Assembly: GCA_964372935.1 (NCBI GenBank)
Contig: CAYJRF010000005.1
Coordinates: forward strand, 1 to 54,443
Direction of reading: 5' to 3'
From: an uncultured Candidatus Saccharibacteria bacterium
Lineage (GTDB): Bacteria > Patescibacteriota > UBA1384 > 2-12-FULL-50-11 > DASWYB01
Length of the DNA: 54,443 nt
The position numbers and the translations under genes were made by a program. The stretch's first letter is position 1. The number at the start of each line of letters is the position of its first letter. Below are positions 18,804 through 28,320 of the stretch, piece after piece. The notes below the pieces were generated by a model. That model had not been told where the DNA came from and made no database searches. It was given only the letters and a program-made list of their open reading frames with translations.

Positions 18804-19318
18804 AGGAAAAAATAAGTTTGGTCGAACTGGCTGATCTGATAGCGGCCGGTGAGTGTCATTTGGACGCGTGCCGCCGCTTGGCCATTAATTGTTAGGCGGG
18901 TAAACAAGAGACCGCTGATTTGAGCGTGGCTGTTGCTGATCGGGTAGACGACATCGGCGGAGGTGAACAAACCGTCGCCGTTGCTGTCGCGCCAGAGTCG
19001 AAGACTACCGTTGGAGTCAAGTTGATAACGCGTCCCGTTGGCCTTTTGAAACGTTAGGACGGCGGCGGCGCCGCTGGCGGGGGTAACCGAGCCCTGATTT
19101 ACTTGCTCTAACAACCAGTTAAGCTTTTGGGAGATAAAGCGCCAGTTTTCACTCACCGCGGCTCGTTCGCGGTCGCGTTGACTGGCGGTAATCATGCCGT
19201 TGGCCGACGTCATAAATACTCCCACGATGGCCGAGACCAGCGCCGAATAGAGCAAGACTTCCACCAGCGACAAGCCAGCCGGCGACCTAAAACGTCGGGC
19301 GGATAATTCTAAGGGCAT
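18800..19318 (-). CDS. Minor pilin / pseudopilin
   Basis: ...RFRSPAG|LSLVEVLLYSALVSAIVGV with Glu at +5. Start placed at the internal ATG at 19318; the track ORF extends to 19399 inside the upstream gene. Confidence 0.65.
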   Translation of the reverse strand: MPLELSARRFRSPAGLSLVEVLLYSALVSAIVGVFMTSANGMITASQRDRERAAVSENWRFISQKLNWLLEQVNQGSVTPASGAAAVLTFQKANGTRYQLDSNGSLRLWRDSNGDGLFTSADVVYPISNSHAQISGLLFTRLTINGQAAARVQMTLTGRYQISQFDQTYFFL

Positions 19319-20714
19319 TGTTGCTCCTGACGGAAATATAGATGGTGTTGTTTTCATAGGTAATTCCGGTGGCGGCCTGGGGGAAATTGAGGGTGCCATA
19401 GTCGATGTTGATACTGGCCGGATTAGCGATGTCCAGGACCTGAAATTCGGCGTTCGGCTCTTCCGTAACCATAAACATCAAGCGGTTAACGGCGACCATG
19501 TCGTTAATGCCGGCGGCCATGCCGGCGGAACCCAACAGGGTGATCGCCGCCGGATTGAAGGCGTTGAGGATAAAAAACTCTGGGGCGGTGTCCGACAGCT
19601 TGCGTCCAAGATAAACGTTAAATTCGTCTTTGACAAAGACGCTGTAGCCGTCGGTGGTATCGGCGGCGTTGTAGCTCCCCAATTTGGTCATACTGGCCGG
19701 ACTACTGACGTCAATGACCATCAACTCCTCGTTATCCACCGAGGTAGCAAGGTAGGCGCGCTGATTGAATATCGTCATGTTGTTAACGTTGCCGTTAATC
19801 TCCAAACTGCCTAAAACCGTCGGATTAGCCGGATCGGTCACATTCAGGGCGTAAAACTCTGGCGCCCCGCTTAAGACTTCCATGCCGACGTACAGCGTGT
19901 TGCCCGACACCTCCAGACTTAAAGCGCGACAGGCGCATAAGTCTAGCCGCCGGACAACGACGGGTAAAGCCGGGTTGCTGACGTTGACGATAATCAGCTC
20001 GTCGGTTGAGCCGCCGGCGAGCGAGCCGTAAAGATAATTGCCGCTCACGGCGATCATGGAAATATTGGAGACGCCTAGGTCAACACTACTGTTATTAATC
20101 GGATTGTTGGGGTTAGTAACGTCAAAAATCGCCAGATCAGGCTTCGATTGATTAGCCGCGCTGGCCGACAAATAGACGCGGTTATTGAGACCCTTTACGT
20201 CGGTGCCGGCGGCGCCGATGGCGATGTCGGCTGTGCCGGCGCTTAAGGGCACTTTCCAATTGCCTTCGATATAGTTGCTGGCCTGGGTAACGCTCCAGTT
20301 GGTTAAAATTATGTTCAGGCTCACGGCCAGCGGCCGATTGTGCAAACCAGTCCAAGTAATGGCGCTGGTAACGTTTTTGCTGTTGGCCGAACGGGGGGTG
20401 ATAGTCAAACGGCGGGTAAACGTTCCTTTGGTGTCGCTCGATCCGGAAAATTGCCAATTATTGGCGACTTGGGATAAACCGAAAGTGCCGTTTTGGAGAT
20501 TGCTCCACCCCTGATTTCGAATTAGGCGGACGGCCTCGACGCCCTCCTTGGCGTAGGCCGAGGCGGCCAGAGCGTTTTGGGTGTCGGTCACCAGGGCGCG
20601 GCCGCCAGTAATGAGGGTGATTAAACTTGATGAGGTCATTAAAAACACGCTCGAGGCGATGACTAACTCTAGAACAGTCTGGCCGAGGTGGAAGCGCTTC
20701 ACGACAGCTACCAA
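19287..20714 (-). CDS. Pilin-like N-terminus fused to an LVIVD-repeat beta-propeller (candidate pilus tip adhesin)
   Basis: KRFHLG|QTVLELVIASSVFLM has Glu at +5. A likely GTG start at 20702 gives the leader MKRFHLG. At least 6 repeats of the type ELIIVNVSNPALP, LMVIDVSSPAS, FQVLDIANPAS, LAIFDVTNPNNP. Confidence 0.7.
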   Translation of the reverse strand: MVAVVKRFHLGQTVLELVIASSVFLMTSSSLITLITGGRALVTDTQNALAASAYAKEGVEAVRLIRNQGWSNLQNGTFGLSQVANNWQFSGSSDTKGTFTRRLTITPRSANSKNVTSAITWTGLHNRPLAVSLNIILTNWSVTQASNYIEGNWKVPLSAGTADIAIGAAGTDVKGLNNRVYLSASAANQSKPDLAIFDVTNPNNPINNSSVDLGVSNISMIAVSGNYLYGSLAGGSTDELIIVNVSNPALPVVVRRLDLCACRALSLEVSGNTLYVGMEVLSGAPEFYALNVTDPANPTVLGSLEINGNVNNMTIFNQRAYLATSVDNEELMVIDVSSPASMTKLGSYNAADTTDGYSVFVKDEFNVYLGRKLSDTAPEFFILNAFNPAAITLLGSAGMAAGINDMVAVNRLMFMVTEEPNAEFQVLDIANPASINIDYGTLNFPQAATGITYENNTIYISVRSNNALRIIRPTF

Positions 20715-21145
20715 TCAACCGTTCCTTCGGCGTTAGTCGTCACCGTCAAAATGCGATTGCCGGTTTGAAGGGTAATGACCGCGTTGCTGGTTTGTCCCGT
20801 CAGGGCGGTAAAGTTAAGATCCGCCGGTCCGGTCATGGTAACGGCGTTGGGTCGAGGGTACGTCAGACTTTGTTGAGTCGCGCCGGCGGCGTTCGGGCCC
20901 TGGTAGACGATAATCTGGGCGCTGGTAATACTCACCCCGTGGTTTGACTGATTAAGGTTGGTAACGGCCCGATCACGGGCGTAGGTCAAAAATGATACCA
21001 GGTTATCACGGGTGTCTCGCAGGTTGTAAGACGCCAGAAGGTCGAAGGTGGCTGGCGCCACCAAGCCGATCATGGTCGTCGCGATGGCGATCGCCATTAT
21101 TAACTCAATTAATGTATAGGCGGCAAGGGAACGGGCGCCGATCAT
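20708..21145 (-). CDS. GspH/FimT-like minor pilin
   Basis: MIGARSLAA|YTLIELIMAIAIATTMIGL with Glu at +5 and Ala at -1. LVSFLTYARDRAV resembles the GspH AR motif. The ATG at 21145 lies 1 nt after the pilC stop. Confidence 0.65.
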   Translation of the reverse strand: MIGARSLAAYTLIELIMAIAIATTMIGLVAPATFDLLASYNLRDTRDNLVSFLTYARDRAVTNLNQSNHGVSITSAQIIVYQGPNAAGATQQSLTYPRPNAVTMTGPADLNFTALTGQTSNAVITLQTGNRILTVTTNAEGTVDW

Positions 21146-21146
21146 G

Positions 21147-22214
21147 TCATTTTCCAATCGTTTGGCCCAGGCTGTAGATTGGCAGAATGATGGAGATGGA
21201 TATAAAGCCAACCAAACCACCCATGAATACCATCATCAACGGTTCGAGCAGGGAGATCATGTTTTTGGCAGTCTCGTCAACTTCTTGTTCGTAGTAATCG
21301 CTTAAGTAATTGAGGGTGGTTTCTAGGGTGCCGGCGGTTTCGCTAACTTCCACCATCTGGGAGAACATTTTTGGAAACAACTTCGGATAGCCCTGGAGGT
21401 ACTTACCCAACGGCGCGCCGACTCTGACTTGATCGGCCGCCCCGCGGGTAATTTGTCGGTAGACAAGGTTGGGCATGACTTCACTGGTGATGCCAAGGGC
21501 CTCGACGATTTTTGTCCCGCTTTTTAGAAGGACCGCGAAGGTGCGGGCAAACATGGCCACTTGGACGCTGCGGAAAAGGGGTCCCAAAATCGGTATGTGG
21601 AGGAAAAATCGGTGAATAAAGAATCGAAATGACCCAATATTGAGGGTGAGGCGGAAGGCGATGACAAAACTGGTGATAGACAGTATTACCGCGAGCCAAT
21701 AATGAGTAAAGAAGGCGTGAGTTTTAATCAGCACTCGGGTGGAAAGGGGAAGGATAACGTTCAGGGTACTGAAGACCGGCAAAATTTTGGGGAAGATCAA
21801 AAACATCAAGACGCTCGTGAGTCCCAAGGTCGTAACGAGAATTATTATCGGGTAAAGCATGGCATTGAGAATTTTGCTCGTGAGCATCTGGCGTTTTTTG
21901 AGTTCAACGGCCAAAAGTTCGAGGTTTTCCGACAGTGTCCCGCTGCTCTCGCCGACGCGGATGATATTAATAAACAGGCTGCCCAAGGCGCCCTCGAATT
22001 TCTTTAAGCCGGTGGAGAGGAACTGGCCATTTTCCAGGTCGTCAATAACCGATTGGAGCACTTTGTGCATACTGCGAGACTGGGTTTGTTGCTCGATCAT
22101 ATACAAGCTGTCGAGGAGGGGCATGCCCGAGCGCACCATCAAAGAAATATTACGGGCAAACAAAATTTGCTCCTTCACCGGTACTCGAAGGAAAAAGCTC
22201 CCAGATTTACTCAT
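21147..22214 (-). CDS. pilC: Type IV pilus platform protein PilC (GspF family)
   Basis: Two T2SSF repeats, 3-4 TM helices, and an 8-nt overlap with pilB. Confidence 0.9.
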   Translation of the reverse strand: MSKSGSFFLRVPVKEQILFARNISLMVRSGMPLLDSLYMIEQQTQSRSMHKVLQSVIDDLENGQFLSTGLKKFEGALGSLFINIIRVGESSGTLSENLELLAVELKKRQMLTSKILNAMLYPIIILVTTLGLTSVLMFLIFPKILPVFSTLNVILPLSTRVLIKTHAFFTHYWLAVILSITSFVIAFRLTLNIGSFRFFIHRFFLHIPILGPLFRSVQVAMFARTFAVLLKSGTKIVEALGITSEVMPNLVYRQITRGAADQVRVGAPLGKYLQGYPKLFPKMFSQMVEVSETAGTLETTLNYLSDYYEQEVDETAKNMISLLEPLMMVFMGGLVGFISISIILPIYSLGQTIGK

Positions 22215-23580
22215 GGACGACTCGCAAAACTTCTTCGATGGTCGTCTGACCGTTAATCGCCCGCCGAAACCCGTCTTGGAGCATGGTGGTCATGCCCGCG
22301 CTTTCGGCATAGTGGGAAATTTCGGCGGCGCTGGCCCGTTTCATTATTAGCTCTCTGATTTGATCGTCAACCACCAGGACTTCGTAAATGCCGACTCGAC
22401 CCAAGTAGCCACTCCCGCCGCAGACACCGCAGCCCCGGCCGACAAAAAATTGCCGCGTATTGCCAAGCGTTTGGGGCGGGATGGATTCGGCCAAGCTTTG
22501 ATATTCAACGTCGGTAATAACTTTAGGGGCGCGACAGTAAGAGCAAATTTTCCGCACCAGCCGCTGACCGACGGCGACGTTAACGGTTGAAGCGATCAAG
22601 AACGGTTCGATCTTGAATTCGCTCAATCGAGCCAGGGTTGTCGGGGCGTCGTTGGTGTGGACGGTCGACAAAAGCAAGTGGCCGGTCAAGGCCGCGTTAA
22701 CGGCAATTTCGGCGGTTTCTTCGTCGCGTATTTCTCCCACCATAATTATATTGGGATCTTGGCGTAAAAATGACCGCAGCCCATTGGCGAATGTTAGGCC
22801 GGACTGGGGGTTAACCTGAATTTGGTTGATGCCTTCCATGGAGTATTCAATCGGGTCCTCGATTGTAATAATCGACACTTCCGGTTTATTGAGCGTGTGA
22901 AGAATGGTGTAAAGCATGGTAGTCTTGCCCGAGCCGGTCGGGCCGGTGGCGAGAATCATGCCATAAGGACGAGTGATGGCGTGCTTGACTTTTTGAAGAT
23001 CGAGCGGAAACATGTCCATGTGTTCCAAGGTGAAAGACTCCGATGGCGACTGGAGAAGACGCATTTCAACGTTTTCACCGTAATATGTTGGGACGATTGA
23101 GACGCGAATATCAACCGGTCCAAGGTCGCGCAGGACCATTTTTAATCGCCCGTCTTGAGGGATCTGATGTTCGTCGGTTCGCAGACCGCACAGGATTTTG
23201 ATGCGCGAAACAAACACCGACTGAATGATCCGGGGAAGCGACAGAGCGTCGTGAAGAATGCCGTCAATCCGAAATCGTACCCGAACATAAGTTGGGGTGG
23301 GGTCAACGTGAATATCCGATGATTGCAAGAGGCTGGCATAGGCGATGAGCTGATCGACTAAGCGAACAATTGAAAATTCGCTCGCGTGGCGCGACAGTTC
23401 CTGTTCAATCGAGGCGCGAAGGGTCGCGGCGGTTTGGGCCGCTTGGGCGCGTTCAAGTATCTCCTGCTGTTCGCGCAGTTGCGTTGCCGTTACAGCGGCA
23501 TTGGGACCGACCACGGGCGAAGCAACATTCGCGCCGACGCCAGCCGCGGCCGAATCGTTCGTTGGATTGGCCGCGCCCAT
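22207..23580 (-). CDS. pilB: Type IV pilus assembly ATPase PilB (GspE family)
   Basis: Walker A GPTGSGKTT, Asp and His boxes, tetracysteine CSYC...CGVCGGSG. Low-complexity N-terminus with no T2SSE_N domain. The 5' end may extend (see finding). Confidence 0.93.
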   Translation of the reverse strand: MGAANPTNDSAAAGVGANVASPVVGPNAAVTATQLREQQEILERAQAAQTAATLRASIEQELSRHASEFSIVRLVDQLIAYASLLQSSDIHVDPTPTYVRVRFRIDGILHDALSLPRIIQSVFVSRIKILCGLRTDEHQIPQDGRLKMVLRDLGPVDIRVSIVPTYYGENVEMRLLQSPSESFTLEHMDMFPLDLQKVKHAITRPYGMILATGPTGSGKTTMLYTILHTLNKPEVSIITIEDPIEYSMEGINQIQVNPQSGLTFANGLRSFLRQDPNIIMVGEIRDEETAEIAVNAALTGHLLLSTVHTNDAPTTLARLSEFKIEPFLIASTVNVAVGQRLVRKICSYCRAPKVITDVEYQSLAESIPPQTLGNTRQFFVGRGCGVCGGSGYLGRVGIYEVLVVDDQIRELIMKRASAAEISHYAESAGMTTMLQDGFRRAINGQTTIEEVLRVVHE

Positions 23581-23874
23581 AATGTTGTTACTAACGGCGG
23601 GGACTGGTACGCCTATCGCCGGATTGGTATCAATCGGGTTCCTCCTCCTTATTTATCTTACCTATGGCTATCCCCAGACGCAAATGGTTTGGGGGCGTCG
23701 TGGCCGTATTCTTGAACCGATAGTTTTTGGCCTGATCTTTCGGACAACTGGCGGATAGCGTTATATTTCAATATTCCTGCGGGCATGACTTCGGCGGGGA
23801 TCAACGCCGCGCCACCGCAGATTGAAACATATTTAGAAACCGAGTATAAGGTGTACTGACTCGGAGCGATATCC

Positions 23875-26508
23875 TTAGCGGTTATCGGAACTATTTCCAT
23901 GGCATTTTTTAAACTTTTTGCCCGAACCGCACCAACAAGGATCATTTCGGCCGATTTTTGGCGACATCGGCGAGGGCCTTTCGTTACTCGAGTTGTCGTT
24001 CGGAGATATTATGGTTTCGTCGGCCGCGGTGGCGAATATGCCGCCACCGGCCAGAGATTCGTCGGCGCCGCGAAAGTCGAGATGAGGTTCGGCCGGCGCC
24101 ACGGGCGGCGCCGCTGGGGTAATCTCCACCGTGGCCAAGTGATGAATAACGTCGGTTTCGATTGCCGCCAACAGCCTCTCAAACAAGGAGAAGGCCTCGC
24201 GCTTGTACTGAACCAATGGGTCGATTTGACCGTAGGCCTGCAGGCCAATTCCGTGTCGCAGCTCATCCATCCGATTGAGGTGTTCAATCCAATACTGGTC
24301 TACCAGACGCAAATAAATTAACCGCTCGACTTCCTGAGTCACGGCCAAACCGTATCGGGCGATCTTGTTTTCATAGCTGACTCGGGCCTCGTCTGTCATC
24401 AGGCCGAGAAGCTCGCGATGGAGCCAGTTAGCTTCGGTTACCGACGCTTGGTTCGGATTGGCCGAGGGTTCAAGTTCTAAAATCCGCCGCCGTTTGCGGT
24501 AAATAATCTCGCGGTGCTTGTTCATCACGTCATCGTATTCGACAAGATGCTTGCGAATATCAAAGTTGTGGCCTTCGACGCGCTTTTGGGCGCTTTCGAT
24601 CGAGCGAGTAATCAAGGAGTGAGTGATCGGCACATCCTCTGGCAATCCCAGACGCTCCATCATTGATTTTAGACGGTTGCCGCCAAAAATCCGCATGAGA
24701 TCATCGTCCATCGAGACATAAAACATCGACGAGCCCGGGTCGCCCTGCCGACCGGCTCGGCCTCGAAGCTGGTTGTCGATGCGCCGCGATTCGTGGCGTT
24801 CGGTGCCAATAACGTGGAGGCCGCCCGCGGCGATCACTTTCTGATGGTCGGCTTGCCACGCTTTCCAGGCGGCGCTGGTGGCGTCGCGCGGTGGCGTTCC
24901 GCCCAAAATAATATCTACGCCGCGCCCGGCCATGTTCGTGGCGACCGTGACCGCCCCGGGTTGGCCGGCCTGCATAATGATTTTGGCTTCGCGTTCGTGG
25001 TGCTTGGCGTTCAAGACTTGGTGGGTAACGTGATGTTTTTTGAGCAATCGGGCTAATTTTTCGGATTTGGCGATGGAAATCGTTCCAACAAGGATCGGCT
25101 GGCCGCGGGCTCGCCGCTCGCTTATATCGGCAATCACGGCTTGAAACTTGCCGTCCTCGGTCTTGTAGATGTTGTCTTGGATATCTTTGCGGTCGATTGG
25201 TCGATGAGTGGGAATAATCACGACATCAAGCTGGTAGATCTTCCAAAACTCCTCGGCTTCAGTGGCGGCCGTGCCGGTCATGCCCGATAGCTTGGGGTAA
25301 AGGCGAAATAGATTTTGAAATGATATCGTCGCCAGAGTTTCGCTTTCCCGCTGAACTTCAACCCGTTCTTTCGCTTCAATCGCTTGGTGCAGACCTTCGC
25401 TGTAGCGCCGGCCGGGCATGAGACGACCGGTGAATTCGTCCACGATAATAACTTGACCGTCTTTCACGACATAGTCCTTATTTTTTCGATAAAGGGCGTG
25501 AGCTCGCAGGGCCTCTTCCAGGTGATGAACAAGAATGATGTTCTCCCCGTCGTACATGTTGGGCGTGTTTAGGGCCGATTCGACCTTAGCAATACCGGAA
25601 TCGGTGATGGTCACGGCGCGATCTTTTTCGTCAACGGCGTAATCTTGTTCGGGTTTTAATCGGGGGACAATTTCGGCAAAGGTGGCGTAGAGACTAGTGC
25701 TTTGGGCGGCCGGCCCGGAAATAATCAGCGGTGTGCGAGCCTCGTCAATCAGAATGCTGTCAACTTCATCGACAATGGCATAGAAAGGCGGACGCTGACG
25801 CAAGGCTTGATTCGTCGTGACCATGTGATCACGGAGATAATCAAACCCGAATTCGTTATTTGTGCCGTAGGTGATGTCGGCGCCGTACGCCTCGGGACGG
25901 GACACCGGACGAAAATGGGCCAGCCGTGGATCCGATTCTCCCTCAATCGACATGCTCGGGTCGTAGATAAACGACAGGTCGTGGGCGATAAAAGCCACCG
26001 ATAACCCAAGCAGGTGGTATAGCGGACCGTTCCAACCGGCGTCACGCTTGGCTAAATAGTCGTTGACTGTTACCAGATGGGCTCCGCGACCTGCCAAGGC
26101 GTTGAGGGCCAATGGCAGAGTGGCCACTAAGGTTTTCCCCTCGCCGGTTTTCATTTCGGCGATTTTTCCTTGGTGTAGGACGATCCCTCCCATCAACTGG
26201 ACATCAAAATGACGCATGCCGACGGTCCGCTTGGCCGCTTCGCGCGTCATGGCGAACACCGGCACCAAAAAATCGTCGAGAACTTTTTGGGTTTGTCGCT
26301 TGGTCGCGGTGTCATCGCCAAGTCGGTCAACAGACTCAAGACTGGCGAGGATATTGCGTCGCGCCGCGAGGAAGGACTCGCGAAGCGCTGTGTCCGAGAG
26401 CTTTTCCATTTCGGTTTCGCCCTGATTGATGGCGTCAACCAAGGGTTGGAGTCGTCGGGTATCGCGATTGGTAGTGTCGCGGATCGGGGAGGGAAAAAAC
26501 CGCATCAT
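23875..26508 (-). CDS. secA: Preprotein translocase ATPase SecA
   Basis: Full SecA pattern (MKTGEGKT, DEVDSILIDEARTPLIISG) and C-terminal zinc motif CWCGSGKKFKKCHG. Start set at MMRFF (26508), avoiding overlap with hpf. Confidence 0.97.
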   Translation of the reverse strand: MMRFFPSPIRDTTNRDTRRLQPLVDAINQGETEMEKLSDTALRESFLAARRNILASLESVDRLGDDTATKRQTQKVLDDFLVPVFAMTREAAKRTVGMRHFDVQLMGGIVLHQGKIAEMKTGEGKTLVATLPLALNALAGRGAHLVTVNDYLAKRDAGWNGPLYHLLGLSVAFIAHDLSFIYDPSMSIEGESDPRLAHFRPVSRPEAYGADITYGTNNEFGFDYLRDHMVTTNQALRQRPPFYAIVDEVDSILIDEARTPLIISGPAAQSTSLYATFAEIVPRLKPEQDYAVDEKDRAVTITDSGIAKVESALNTPNMYDGENIILVHHLEEALRAHALYRKNKDYVVKDGQVIIVDEFTGRLMPGRRYSEGLHQAIEAKERVEVQRESETLATISFQNLFRLYPKLSGMTGTAATEAEEFWKIYQLDVVIIPTHRPIDRKDIQDNIYKTEDGKFQAVIADISERRARGQPILVGTISIAKSEKLARLLKKHHVTHQVLNAKHHEREAKIIMQAGQPGAVTVATNMAGRGVDIILGGTPPRDATSAAWKAWQADHQKVIAAGGLHVIGTERHESRRIDNQLRGRAGRQGDPGSSMFYVSMDDDLMRIFGGNRLKSMMERLGLPEDVPITHSLITRSIESAQKRVEGHNFDIRKHLVEYDDVMNKHREIIYRKRRRILELEPSANPNQASVTEANWLHRELLGLMTDEARVSYENKIARYGLAVTQEVERLIYLRLVDQYWIEHLNRMDELRHGIGLQAYGQIDPLVQYKREAFSLFERLLAAIETDVIHHLATVEITPAAPPVAPAEPHLDFRGADESLAGGGIFATAADETIISPNDNSSNERPSPMSPKIGRNDPCWCGSGKKFKKCHGNSSDNR

Positions 26509-26618
26509 GACCTTCGCATTGTACCTAAAACGCCTGTCGCTGTCATGTCGGGGCCCAACCGGTGGTCGAGCGATTAAATCGCCCCGAACCGACGAAACAG
26601 CCCGACGGAACGAGACAG

Positions 26619-26981
26619 TCAATCGCGGTTTTGGTTTGAGGCCGACCACTCTTTTGGCGAGAGACCGGTGTAGTGATAATCGGACTGCTTATCTTTCTCA
26701 ATACTTATCGCGCCGTCTAGGCGATCCAAAACCCGATCGACCGCTTCAATCAAACTGGCGCCATGAGCCAAAAATCGAATCACCGGTTTACGCCCGGGAA
26801 TGTCGACAATGACTTCGGCGGCCTTGTCACCCTGGGGACCGGACTTGGGGAGTTGTTTTACCACGACCTCCATATAGGCGCTGGCCGGCACTAGATGAAG
26901 AAAACGCTGGCATTTCTCCTTGATCTCCGCCACCATCGTCGGCGGACACTCCACGGAACGATGCTTGACATGGACATTCAT
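26619..26981 (-). CDS. hpf: Ribosome hibernation promoting factor (HPF/RaiA, short form)
   Basis: 120 aa. ...ASLIEAVDRVLDRLDGAISIEKDK matches the S30EA pattern. hpf immediately upstream of secA matches Firmicutes synteny. Confidence 0.75.
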   Translation of the reverse strand: MNVHVKHRSVECPPTMVAEIKEKCQRFLHLVPASAYMEVVVKQLPKSGPQGDKAAEVIVDIPGRKPVIRFLAHGASLIEAVDRVLDRLDGAISIEKDKQSDYHYTGLSPKEWSASNQNRD

Positions 26982-27054
26982 TAGGACCTCCCATAGTTTT
27001 CTCGTACCATAAAGTGGTCTAGGCGTCTAGTGTCGGAGAATGATCCGGTGGTGT

Positions 27055-28296
27055 TTAGGCAACCCCCGGGCCGATTGACTCAAATCCTGCGTAGGACTTC
27101 AGCGCTGGCGGCAAGGCAATTGAGCCGTCTGGTCTTTGGCCGTTTTCCAAAATGGCGATAGCCATACGACCAACCGCCACCGCCGTGCCGTTAAGAGTGT
27201 GAACAAAACGGCTTGTCCCATCGGCGGTTTTCGTGCGAATTTTTAACCGGCGTGATTGAAAATCGGTCGTGTTCGAGCACGAGTGGGTTTCGCGATAACG
27301 GTTCTGGCCCGGCATCCAGGTTTCGATGTCGTATTTTTGGGCCGCCTGAACCCCAAGGTCGCCGGCGCATATTTCGACCACCCGATACGGCAAACCCAAG
27401 CCGCTGACAATGCTTTCTGCCAGGTCTAGAAGGCGAGTCAATTCGGTTTGAGCGTGTTCCGGGGCCACAAAACTCACCAGCTCAACTTTGTCGAACTGAT
27501 GTTGGCGCATAATACCGCTAGTGTCGCGTCCGTAGGAACCCGCCTCTCGCCTAAAACAGGTCGAAAATCCAACATAGCGAATCGGCAACGCTTCGACGGG
27601 CAAAACTTCGTTGGCGTGATAAGCCACGAGCGATTGTTCGCTCGTGCCGATTAAGTATAGATCGTCTTGGGTTCGGTATGATTCAGCCACCCCCTGGGGG
27701 AGATAGCCGGTGCCGACAACTGTCGCGGCGTTGACCAGTTGAGGCACGATCATGGGAACAAATCCTCGGTCAATAGCCATGTCCAAGGCGTAACGCACCA
27801 GGGCGAATTCCAAGAGCACCAGCTCGCGTTTGAGGAACGCGAACCGGCTCGACGCCACCTTTCCGGCGCGCTCCAAATCTATCAGGTCGTGGCGCCGGCC
27901 CAAGGCAACATGATCAAGGGGCGCGGGGATCGCTGGTGGGTCCCCGACCGTTTTTACCACGAGATTTGCCGACTCGTCGCGACCTTCGGGAACGCCGTCT
28001 GCCGGCAAGTTAGGCAGAGACAGCATTAATTTTTCGAGGGCGGGGGCGATTGTCGCAAGGCTGGCCGAGGAGCGGGCGATCGCGGCTTTAAGTTCTTTTC
28101 TGGCGCTTATCCCGTCTGGCGTGTCAAAAGCGATGGTTTTTTGTTTCGCTCGGTGTTGTTCCATCTCTTTTTGAGCCGCGCGGTGTTGGGCGTCTAAAGC
28201 GATAATGTCGTCAATCAAGCGTGGGTCGGTTCCTTTTTGGCTCACCCCTTGCTTGACTCTCTCCGGTTGATGGCGAATCAGGTCTAAATCGAGCAT
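27055..28296 (-). CDS. serS: Seryl-tRNA synthetase
   Basis: N-terminal coiled-coil arm MLDLDLIR... and class II motifs (FRREAGS..., TLNGTAVAVGR). Confidence 0.95.
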   Translation of the reverse strand: MLDLDLIRHQPERVKQGVSQKGTDPRLIDDIIALDAQHRAAQKEMEQHRAKQKTIAFDTPDGISARKELKAAIARSSASLATIAPALEKLMLSLPNLPADGVPEGRDESANLVVKTVGDPPAIPAPLDHVALGRRHDLIDLERAGKVASSRFAFLKRELVLLEFALVRYALDMAIDRGFVPMIVPQLVNAATVVGTGYLPQGVAESYRTQDDLYLIGTSEQSLVAYHANEVLPVEALPIRYVGFSTCFRREAGSYGRDTSGIMRQHQFDKVELVSFVAPEHAQTELTRLLDLAESIVSGLGLPYRVVEICAGDLGVQAAQKYDIETWMPGQNRYRETHSCSNTTDFQSRRLKIRTKTADGTSRFVHTLNGTAVAVGRMAIAILENGQRPDGSIALPPALKSYAGFESIGPGVA

Positions 28297-28320
28297 GGCA
28301 ATTCCTTGGCTGTTTGACGA

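Noticed and set aside
23658-23945. 95-aa minus-strand ORF between secA and pilB (possible detached PilB N-domain)
   Set aside because: Its first 70 nt overlap the secA zinc-finger coding end. No SD precedes any in-frame start and no convincing family motif is present. It is more likely the pilB 5' UTR or promoter region.
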